Shown: piece by piece, positions 38,755 through 64,000 of the stretch
Numbering within the stretch: position 1 is the stretch's first letter
Layout: every line of letters starts with the position of its first letter
Assembly: GCA_963693365.1 (NCBI GenBank)
Contig: CAVNZM010000001.1
Coordinates: forward strand, 11,496,161-11,560,160
Length of the DNA: 64,000 nt
Origin: Amoebidium appalachense
Lineage: Eukaryota > Protista > Ichthyosporea
Direction: 5' to 3'
Position numbers and translations under genes: made by a program
Notes under the pieces: model-generated
The model's input: the letters and a program-made list of their open reading frames with translations, nothing else
Told to the model about the DNA's origin: nothing
Database searches by the model: none

Positions 38755-39456
38755 ATTACATCGCCGACTCCGGTGCATCCGGATCCGAGTGCAGGCCTGC
38801 AAATGCAAGTAAACCAGCCTCTGCGTTATACGTTCACGTTCAACGTTAACTTCGTACCGTATAAAAATTCTTCCTGCTAGACCATAGGGAAATTCACGTA
38901 GAAACAATGTTTATTTGGGGGGGGGGGGGGGGGGGGGGGGGGGTATTGTAATATACATCATATGGGCAAAATAGGGATAACTCGACTGGGATAGCATGGA
39001 ACCGATCGACAAGCAGATGAAAAGCCTCGGGACGGGCCCCGGAGGAGGAGGGGGACGCAATGCAGCTCGAGTAGCGGGAGGGGGGGAGGGGGGGGGGGGG
39101 GGGAGAGGAAGGGGGGGAAGGGGGGGGGGAGAGGGGGGGGGGGGAGGAGGAGGGGGGGGGGGGGGGGGGCAGCAGTGCACGTGGTTGTACATGTCATTAT
39201 TCGAATTCATGGCAGATAGCAACTGCAAGCAATTCAAGCAAGCTGGATTTTTTTTTTTTTAAAAATAAAAATTATAAATAAAAATTATATCTCCACATAT
39301 GATGTATGCCTGATGCGTTATATCTCCACATATGATTTGTATGTTGTAAGTGTAACCTCGATTATTTACATGTATATCTTGTTGGGTGGAAGTACTGTTG
39401 GCCTTGGTGCCGACAACTCATCACAGCTCACCTACATGTCGTTGATAAACAGCACA

Positions 39457-39509
<53 letters not shown>

Positions 39510-41456
39510 ATTTTTTCTACCCACGTGTTGAAATGACCAAGGCCCATGCCATTCGACATGGGCAATTTTCAGCATCACTTTACTTTGCTTATTGAAACCG
39601 AATATCCAGTCTCGTAAACTTGGTCGAGGGGCGGGGGAGGGGAGGGGGTGGGTGGGTGGGTGGGTGGGGGGGGGGGGGGGGGGGGGGGAATGATTATAAT
39701 AGTCTCTCTCTGTGTGTGTGTGTGTGCGTGCGTGTGTGTGCGTGTGTATGTCACGTGGGTGGATGGGTGTGTGTGTGTGGGTGGATAAGTGGTCACCGTG
39801 GTCACCGTGATCGACAGTGGTTGTTGTGGTGGTGGTAGTGAGGGGAGGGTTGGGGTGGGAGGGGGGAGGAGGAGGTGGTGGTGGTGGCGGGGGGGTTTGA
39901 ATGGGGGGGGGGGGGGGGGGGGGGGGGGAGGGGGGGAGGGGGAGGGAAGGGGGGAAGTGGAGGGGGGGGAGGCAGGGGGGAGGCAGCTAGTCCTATTGGT
40001 ACGGATACGTAATACTATGGCACCCCCCCCCTAACCCCTCCCCCCATCCCCGGGCCCTATCTTCTTTTTCTCCTCTCTCTATCTCTCTCTCCCCCCCCCC
40101 CCCCCCCCCCCTGAATCTTTCCCCCGAGTTTCCCCGGTGTACACACACCGTTGCATGCACAATACACAAGCACACACACACACGAACAAATACATACGTG
40201 AGCGTACTGCGATGCATATGTACATACTAGTGCCCATACACACACACGTTGCAAGCATGCGCACACAACACACACAAAGCACACACATCTAATTATTTCA
40301 AATAATAGTACATGAGTGACACATAACTTTGTAATATCAGATACACACACACGTCACGGACACGTACACAGTGTCACGTACACACACATATGTAACACAC
40401 ACACACACACACACACAGTCTCAGAGCACACGTGTCCAATACCTAACAATTTATTCGTCCCATTGCCGTGGCTAGTGCAGGGACGTGCAGGCGCAGTGCA
40501 GCCTACACTCACAGACCCATAAATAGATCACATAACTTGCCATTAAGCCCTTAATGCAGTACCTTCTAGGTGCACATCAAGGGAAAAAATAAAAAAGAAA
40601 AAAAAAAAAAAAAAAAGCAAAGGAAAAAAAAAGGGGAAAAAAAAAACGAATAGGTTTGAATATGCTTTGGAACCACATAAATGCTTCGCTGGTCAGCACA
40701 CCGTGCCTTATTCCAGAAAGTGATTCCTACACGTGCAGGCTCTAACACCTGCAAAATTTGTCTCGCAACCGATACAATCCCCCCCCCCCCCCCCCCCCCC
40801 CCCTCCCTCCGTTTCCTCCATGGTCCGCGGCACACACACACACGCACTGATGCACATTCACATCAACATGTACAATCCAACGAACTTTGCAAGCACGGGC
40901 ATAAATATATACACACGCAATACTTAGTCCATAGCTCACACAGTGACCCGGGAACAAACAGAATTACCAAAAAAAATCCAAAAATCCATGAGAGGGGTCA
41001 GCCCCGTGAAAAAAGGCACTAATTCCCTGATAACACAGCAAAACCCCAGAACTCACTGGCCCATTTATAATTATCACAGCCAGCTATATGGTAATATATA
41101 TATATATATTGTTGAACTTCTACTCACACCACCAAAGGGGGAAAAAAAAATCAATGTACAGGGCTAGAAAAAGAGACCATTAATCCCCCCCCCCCTTCCC
41201 CCCTGCATAATGCTTTTGCATGCATCCAGCAACCCGACCAGGCAAGAATGTGCCCAAGGAAGCGAGGAATATATACCCAAAAAAAAACTCTAAACACAAT
41301 AAACAGACAACGAGAACGTATGCCACGCAAACCACATAGGCTAAACAGCATATTTATAAGTATATTCATGTTTTTGAATAAAGATTGCAAACAACAGACA
41401 AATTACCGAAGGTGCTTGCTGTCACCTCGAATTTGCAGCGCCCCCGTGTCGTTGTT

Positions 41457-55880
<14,424 letters not shown>

Positions 55881-57160
55881 TTTCACTGCAGATCACAGAA
55901 AACAGTCAGAATTGGGTTTAAATTGAAAAAAAAGGACATGTTATGCAAAGAGCGCCCCAATGAAGATCCGACACACAAAAAAGAATATCGTTAAACTTCG
56001 TTGTTAACCGCAAAATACTGGCCCTACAGCTTTGATCAAACAGGTGAGCTGTGGGGTGGAAACGGTAAAAGAGGAAAGGGTATTCGTCTTCCTATCAGCA
56101 AAGTAAACCGGATTTTTGTCTTCCGTCGCATGCAGCCAGCTAGCCAAGGTGGACATGTGCTACAAAAAGGTTACAGATTCAAAACTTTATCACCACCTTG
56201 CTCAAGCGCAGAAAATTTCTTTCCAAGCGTTTAAGTTTTTTGGTGACTTCAGCCGCAACAAGTGAAGGATATTCGCCGATTTTTTTGTGTGCCAGACTGA
56301 GCCAGCCTGCAGCGTAGCCGGGCAGCCAGACTCTTGGGTGCGGCTTTAACAACATAAGTTAAATTTGCACGAAAATATGATTCTTATGAAGAGGAAAATT
56401 TGTCCATGGTGAAAAACCGCGGTGTAAGCTCTGTAAATGTTGCGTAGCACAAATTTATGTGCTCGCGGTTGCTCGGGAAGAACAGCCAATCGCCTTTCAG
56501 GCATTGGTGCGATCCCCGCCACTTACAGGTTCGGTGTACTTGCCATATATAGTAAAACCGCACTCAAGGCTCAGCTTTTGATTGGATGGTAAACTGTGTG
56601 ACGTCATCGCTGAGCGGCTGCACTACACGCTGACTCCGAGTTTGCCGGCCCGCAAAAGTTTGCCGCATGGAGGTCTTTTTGCAGGACTAAAGCGCTTGAG
56701 CCTTGTTTGAAAGGCAGATGTTTCGAAACATCACACATGGATTTGGGCATTTACAAAGGCTATTTGGATAAACATCAAGCCCTTGATTGTTATGAATGCG
56801 TAGCGAGCGAGCTCTTGTTGTAGCGTTTTGGTAATCAAAAGCAATTGGAATCTGAGGGTAGTCCCTTGGACTCTCAAGTTGGTTAGTCCAGAATCAGAAG
56901 GGAATTCACTTGCCGGGAGGATCTGATTCTGATGCTCATACCAAGATCAAAACTTTGTATGAAGTAATTTCTTGAGTGATATTATTACACTGAGAGAACG
57001 TCCCTTGCTCCATCTCTTTTTTTGCACTAGAGCCAAACTATAACCATACACCATAATATTAGCTCACGAGCTGGACGCGATTTGAACTAAGCTAGCGGTA
57101 GAATCGCTGGACATTTGGAAGGCAACTAAACGAGGGCTTTGATTCATCACACCTACGGAA
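55881..57160. promoter_or_regulatory. Divergent (probably bidirectional) promoter between SEY1 and MIA40
   Basis: 1.28-kb repeat-free head-to-head spacer; CCAAT 56486-56490, ATTGG 56581-56585, TGACGTCA 56599-56606. Confidence 0.55.
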
Positions 57161-57819
57161 ATGTCATACTCAAGGACATTTGAGAATGGTATGTTCAAGG
57201 GAGAGACAGAAAATGTTGTGCCTGAAAGGAAGGGGGAAGGGGGCGGTTGGGACAAGATGAGGGAGACTGGGGTGGGAGAGTGAGGGTCAGACAATGAGCG
57301 AGAAAGGGGGAAGGGGGGGGAACGTGGAAGGGCAAGGGGGTAGAGAGAGAGAGAGGAAGATAAAGGGTTGGTGGAAAACGGAGAGGGGGGGAGGGGGGAA
57401 ACGGTGGGAGGGTGGAGGGGAGGGAGGGGGTGGAGGGAGGGAGAGAGAGAGGGGGGGGGGGGGGGGGGAGGGGGTGAGAGGAGAGAGAGACAGGAGGGGT
57501 GGAGGGGGTGCAAAATTGGAGATTGTGGAGAGATTATCACGGGTGTATGTGCATGTGTGTGGGTGTGCTCATTCACAGCTTCATGCTTCTGAGCGTTCCG
57601 GTTTTGGTAGCTAGTTGTGGTATGATGGCAAAGGAATACAGGGATTTTGACTGGATGTCTAGCATATGCTGTGTAAAAGCAACAAATGAAAACTCCGCTT
57701 TAGTTCGATTTCACGGGAGAGCTCACATTTCTACTGTCTGTTGTTCACACTACGTATTTTGGGCAGTATAGGTAGTGTTTTTTTGTTGTTGTTGTTTTCT
57801 TTTTTGTGTGTGTGTGTGT

Positions 57820-57887
<68 letters not shown>

Positions 57888-59018
57888 GTGTCTCATGGTG
57901 TGTATGTGCGTGGGGTTTTTTTTTTTCCCCTTTGGGGGGGGGGGGGGGGAGGGGAAGGGGGTAAAGGAAGGAGGTTGTGTTGAGGGAAGGGAAAGGGAAT
58001 GTTGCGGATGAGGGTTAAGGTGCTATATGGATGAATCGGTTAATTGTACAGTGGTAGGTGTTGTGCAGGGTAGGGCGGGCCGTAGGATTGTGAGATAAGA
58101 ACCCCCCTGGGAAGGGTAGGGGGTGGTGGGTGGGTGGGGGGGGGGGGGAGAGGGGGGGATTGGGGGAGGGGGGGGAGGGGGGGAGAGGGAGGGAGGGGGG
58201 GGGGGAGGGGGAGGGGGGAGTAAGGCTTGGGGATCAATAGGGCATATGAGAGCAAGGGGCTCTTGAGGGGCACACGGCATGTGTAAGTGCGGTGTTGGTT
58301 GTGGTGCATAGTGGTGATGTGCTAGAAAATTGATGTGAGATGAGTTGGTGCATGTTGGGGCTGAATGGCTTTCCTCATGCTGTGTTGTTGAGGAGGGGGA
58401 GGGTGGGGAAAGGGGGGGGGGAGAGGCAGTGGGGTTTTTTGGTGCTGGTAACTCTCCGTTGTAGTGTGACAAAAGAGGGTCGCACACTTTTTTTTTTTTT
58501 TTTTTTTTTTGGGGGGGGGGGGGGGGAGGGGGAGGGGGAGGGGGGGGGGGGGGGGGTCTAAAGGCCATTCTTTTTTTTTTTTTTTTTTTTTTTTGGGGGG
58601 GGGGGGGGGGGGGTCTAAAGGCCATTCTCAAAGATATTTATGCGTGATTCTATGAATAGGTTGTAGCAGTAGAACGGTTGTGATTAGCGGCTTTTTTGTG
58701 GTCATAAAATGAACACCTAAAAGCCGAGTCCTGGTTCTGTGCTTTTTAATATTATATAAATGCCCATAAAAGATCCAAAAACATACTACAAAGAGCTGAC
58801 AATATATATGTTGTGGGCCACCAGGAATGGACAAAGTGTTCTTTATCACCAAGAAGGACCAGGAAAAGCTCCAAGAAGCTTCGGTAAATTCCCCCTTCCC
58901 CTCCCCCTCCCCTTTCTCCCCTTCCCCCAACTCCCCACTCCCTTCCCTTCCCACCCCCTCATCCCCCCCCCCCCCCCCCCCTCCGGGCCTTTTTTGAGGT
59001 TGGGCTCTGCTCATATTG

Positions 59019-59060
<42 letters not shown>

Positions 59061-59687
59061 GCTCATATTGGAATATATATATATATATATATATATATAT
59101 TGCGTGGTCTGCACTGTGCACTGTTTCCATTATGAATGTGTATTCGTATCCTATAACTCATGTTTATCCCCCCCCCCCCCCCCCCCCCCCCCTCACCAGC
59201 CATCCTTCGTTTCCCCTCCTTCCTCCCTCTACCAGATTGCCATCCTCTTTGCTCAAAAAGAAAGCGTCGTCGGAAACCAGCTGCTGTTGTGCGATTTCAA
59301 TTTTTTTTTTTGTGCGACTTAACATCACAGTTGCATCGATGGATAGAATGAACACAATCTGCGGATCGGGATAGTTCCCCAAAAGAAATTATCATATTGC
59401 CTCCGCACCGTTCTTTCTGCACTCCATTCGTGTTCATACGCTGGCCATTTATAGTCAAGTTGGGGTGACCTACAGCGTGGATATCGACTTCGTATAATGT
59501 ATTTTTCGTGATTCTGAAAAACTTCCGTCGTGACCAAATTAAGCAAACACGATTTACAGGATGATATACATTCTGATATTGAAGAATTGGCCAACTGTCT
59601 CTATTGGTTCCGTGCATTTTTCGTCCCTGCCTGCCTACCTGTCTCCCTACCTGTTAGCATGGTTTTGTATGTAGTGGGTGAGTGGGT

Positions 59688-59727
<40 letters not shown>

Positions 59728-59911
59728 GGGGGCTGGGGGAGGGCGGGGGGGGGAAGGGGGGAGGGGGGAGGGGGGAGGGGGGGAAGGGTATTAGGCAGAT
59801 AATTGTTGACGCATATACGATTGCACAGTCCACTGGCCTAGAGGGTGCTATTCTGCCAAGTGGAGAGATCAACTGGGACTGCCCCTGTCTTCAGGGCATG
59901 GCTCATGGCAC

Positions 59912-59945
<34 letters not shown>

Positions 59946-60355
59946 TCCCCCTCTCTCCCCCGCTTAAAATGCACATAGTAACACATCCCCCCCCCCTCCC
60001 CCCTCCCCCTCCCGTGGGGAAAAAGTAAAGTAAAGAAAAAGAAAAGAAGAACGTAACTGCTTACCCGCTCTTTCCTTCACATCTCAGGCGCACCCACAGT
60101 GTTCGAATTCTCATAGTTTTTTGTTTGTCATCTCTCTTTGTTCATGACTGAATTTTTCTTGCGCTTTTTCTACCTGCCCGTTTTTCATCTGCGGCGTGTG
60201 GGTGTGCTGGCGTGCTTGCATCCGTGCACTGCTCTGCTTGTTAGTAGGACATTTTGTGCGGACGCGTGTGTATGGGTGTGTGGTGGTGGTGGTGTGTGTG
60301 TGGGTGTGTGGGTGTGTGTGGGTGTGTGGGGTGTGTGTGTGTGTGTGTGTGTGTA

Positions 60356-60387
<32 letters not shown>

Positions 60388-60550
60388 TGGGAGAGTCTTT
60401 GGTTCCATGTGCTTCTCTTCAAAATAGGTGATTTTTTCTGATCGCCTGGGGGCCCTAGTCACTTGCAAGTACAGACGACTCACTCACATGCCCATGGGCA
60501 CACACACACCCACACACACACACATACACACACCCACACACCCACACACA

Positions 60551-60581
<31 letters not shown>

Positions 60582-60666
60582 CGTCGCTCCCACACAGGCA
60601 CGCGTGACTCCAGACACCCGCACGCACGTAACATACACACATACAGACATACTCTCGTGCGCACGC

Positions 60667-60699
<33 letters not shown>

Positions 60700-60876
60700 A
60701 CCCACACACACAAACGTACAGGTATCTGCGGGCCACACTTCAGAAAAGCGTTCAGCTGCTTTGCCAACAGTACATCCGAGCCACGGGGGCAAGAGTGTGT
60801 TGAAGTGTTTATCGAGTTTCAGCAGTGCATGAAAGCACACCCAGAACATTATGGTGATAAAACGGGGACAGAGTAG
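57161..60876 (+). CDS. CHCHD4: Mitochondrial intermembrane-space oxidoreductase MIA40/CHCHD4, short soluble animal-like form
   Basis: Exons 57161-57188 (MSYSRTFEN), 58825-58883 ([12 protein letters not shown]), a possible small exon from 59560 ([10 protein letters not shown], donor unresolved), 59799 or 59829 to 59907 ([21 protein letters not shown]), 60722-60876 ([33 protein letters not shown]). CPC plus twin CX9C motifs. Confidence 0.93.
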
Positions 60877-61570
60877 CTACTATAGATCTGATGATATGAA
60901 CGAGATTTCCTTGTTGGCAAAATTTACAATAATTGTAATGATAACGACTGCTTTTCCATTCAGTAGTCAGAAATGTGAGGCCTAATGCAAAGCAATTTGT
61001 CAAGGTATTGAAACTCGGATGTTTTTTTGTTGCGGTACTGAAAGCTTGTAGGAATGTATCATTCTAAAACTATTAGCGAAACTAGCGTGTTCAGACACTA
61101 ATTTGCTAATGCATATGCTTGAAAAAGTGCTGAAAACAATATTGTAGCAAAAGTACTATATTGATTGTGGAGGTTCTTTGAATGCACGGAACCTGAGAAC
61201 TCACCTGTTGAAAAGTGGGCTTAACCCCTCCGAACCGGGTATATGTTGTGTGTTTATTTGTCTGCACCGGTTTATACATGTGATTGTGATCCTACGCCGC
61301 CCTGAGGATTGCCTGCTCAATTTGTGAGTTTTGTGTATCGCCCTATGATAGGCCTAGGCAGGTTTAGGCGCCATTGTGCGTATCTGTTAGGGCAGTCCAG
61401 TTGCAATTATTATCTGGATAACGTAGAGGCTGTGTGTTCATATTGGCATGAAATGAAATGGGACCCAGAGGTCTATATTAGAGGCGCTCTCTGAGGCATC
61501 TTGCATGCATAGCGCAACCCTAACTAATATTACATAGTTTACTAGTACAGGCCTTGCCTGCTAATCATTA

Positions 61571-61607
<37 letters not shown>

Positions 61608-61726
61608 CCCTCATTCCCGCCGCATTGATATAACTGGTTACCCTGCTCGTCATGAGATGTGATCACTAATCAAGATGGGTGACCCCTACATAATGTCACG
61701 GTCACGTACAGCTGCAGATATTTAAG

Positions 61727-63917
61727 TTGAGTTTTGCCGACGAGGTGAATCATTCCAGACTCGGGTGCCCCACGTGTACGGTACCGGTGGATCGATTTCC
61801 CTCCCCCCAACCCCCCTCCTTCTCTTCCGGCCCAATTGAATTTCAAGCTGTTTTTGGTGCTATACGGGCGTTAAAACCCCGCAAGGCGTGCGGGCCGGAT
61901 GCTCTTCCTCCCGTGCTTTTCAAGGTTCTTTCTCCCGTGCTTCAGCCCCGTAATCGTGCAGAGTCCCCACCGCCCCCGCCTTTTGCTGTCCTTCTTAGTG
62001 AGTTTTTTTCGGCTTTTTTCGAACTCGGGTTTATTCCAATTTCGTGGCTTGACACAATCGTTAAGCCCGTTCGTAAGAAGGTATCGCAGGGGGTCATTAA
62101 CGACTTTCGTCCCGTCACACTTACCAACGTTTTTCGTCGGCTTTTCGAGGGTTGCATGCTTCGCGCGTTTAGCACCGACGATTCTTTAAACACCGTGTTC
62201 TGTCTTTCTTCCCTTCAAGGGGGCTTTCGTCATGCCTATTCGTGTTATACTCACAGTCTGTTACTCCATGAATCCATTACTTCTGGCTCTCCACACGTTG
62301 TCTTCATCGACCTTAAGAACGCCTACGACACCGTACCCACTGGTTTGTTATGGCATAAGCTAGCTATGCGGGCCCCAGCTTACCAGCCCCCTTTGGCCGT
62401 CTTCTGCAAGCGTTGTTCGATACCACTCGCGGACGCGCGGCGGTCAATGGAACATTAACACCCGGTTTTTCCCGTTCCCGGGGTCTTCTGCAGGGGTCCC
62501 TCCTGAGTCCGTTGTTGTTTGACGTTTTCATTGACGATTTAGCCTGCGCCCTCGAACCCTTTGGCCAACTGCATACCCGTCGTGTACCGGGTCTCCTTTT
62601 TGCGGACGATATTGTTCTTTGTTCCTTAACCGAAGATGTCATGCACCAGATGCTTCGTCAGGTGGATCAATGGTGCACCGACAATTTCATGACAGTCGGA
62701 ATTGCAAAGTGTGCTACTTTTTCGAAGAACACTTCCTTTCGATTGGCCGGCCTTCCTATTCCTGTTCAGAGCACCTATGACTATTTGGGTATTCCTTTTA
62801 CTGCACGGGGTATTGATTTCCGCAAGCTCCTCACAGCACGCGTACGGATCGCTCGTGCGAAGGATAAGCTTCACATCGTGTCAAATATGTTTCAACAGGA
62901 GTCTGTGATCCATCCTGCGAACCTTCTTCTCTACTATAAAACTTTTTTACGGCCGACTTTCAAACATGGACTTCCGCTATTGGCCTGCGCCCCACCTCGC
63001 GAGGCGGCAATGGCGCTGAACGAGTTCGACGATTTTCAGGGTACTGCGCTACGCACTTTGTTTCGTACTCGGTTTGTGCCTCCCTTAATCAGTATGTTTG
63101 GATTGTCGTCTGCTGTTTGTCGTACAAATTGTCTCTTCGTTTTTGTTTTCATTTAGTTAGGCTACCTGATGGTCCCCCTCTTTATGCTTTCTTTCCCCCC
63201 CTCCCTCCATCCCTCTCCCCCCCCGATTCACCAACACTACTTCTGAATGTCCTCAGCCTACCCTCTTTCCACCTGATTCTTCCTCTCGCTATCTCACTCC
63301 CTCTTTCTTTTCTCTTCCTGTTTTTTCTGCCTTTTCGCGTTATTACCATACGCAGTATAAGTTTCTTTCTCGTTCTGATAGAGAAATCAAAGGTAAAACT
63401 CAGTCGGCATGTGTTATGTTCCTTAGGCAACACCGTACTGATCATTATCGCTTTTTGGGAGCTTTGGCAGGATACATTTCTCCTGCTGTACGTATGGATA
63501 CCACCCTAGTAGATAAGTCTGTATGGTGCTCTGATGTTGATATTGCCTGGGAAGTTGTGCAGTGGCGCTTTAGTAATTCTTGTTTTGATCGCCGCTGGTG
63601 CCACTTTTGTGCTGACCTTTTTAATCGCAAGCATGTTGATAGGTGTGAATTTTTATGTCGCGTTTTACCTCTTTCCCTCCGGGTATCTGCTACACTAGCT
63701 GGCAATGTGAACACTTTAGACTTTTTGCTGAATTCTGTTGGTCGTCACATTGAGTATTTATATGATTTTTACACAGTGTTCAGGTATCTCAGTATGCACT
63801 TGTTACTGGATAACTCGTGAAGTTTTTATTGTCTTCTCAGTATGCCGTGCATACTTGTCATATCTTTCCGTCGAATACATCCAGTCAAAAAAAAAAAAAA
63901 AAAAAAGAATTTCAAGC
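61727..63917 (+). mobile_element. 5'-truncated, frameshifted non-LTR retrotransposon (LINE): reverse transcriptase, C-terminal CCHC, poly(A)
   Basis: KACGPDALP, FRPVTLTNVFRRLFE, QGGFR, FIDLKNAYDTV (ORF 61727-62458); GLLQGSLLSPLLF, LFADD, YDYLGI (62413-63156); CHFCADLFNRKHVDRC (63416-63820); A20 at 63887-63906. No endonuclease domain, at least three frameshifts. Confidence 0.92.
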
Positions 63918-64000
63918 AAATTCGCACTCTGAACCGTTGCAACATGATGGCACGTACACGCCGCATGCAACACGCACACAAGAGGGCCCACCGTGATAAT

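Overview
Eukaryotic nuclear DNA, intron-dense, with introns full of (CA)n/(GT)n, (GA)n/(CT)n and long G or C homopolymers. Almost all of the supplied six-frame ORFs are artefacts of these repeats. The gene set (SEY1 rather than atlastin, animal-like MIA40 and FAM72) suggests a unicellular opisthokont, but that is inference. By manual splicing I recover seven protein genes: a 5'-truncated PX-PH-DUF547 protein (+), a 37-aa helical-repeat protein with an intronless CDS and a mitochondrial-type presequence (+), FAM72 (+), a GT32-like glycosyltransferase with a homopolymer frameshift (-), a plant-type methionine gamma-lyase (-), SEY1/RHD3 (-) and MIA40/CHCHD4 (+). There is also a dead 5'-truncated LINE and a candidate non-autonomous TIR element. 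The standard genetic code applies. The most unusual signals lie in the introns. (1) In several introns the G/C and GT/AC tracts are the arms of long nested inverted repeats that extend into unique sequence, in the clearest case with sense-strand G-U pairs, which suggests splicing aided by RNA structure. (2) Many introns carry tandem 'echo' copies of the neighbouring exon end with its donor, or of the branch/acceptor region, at all stages of decay. All exon coordinates and alignments were read by eye and need RNA-seq confirmation.
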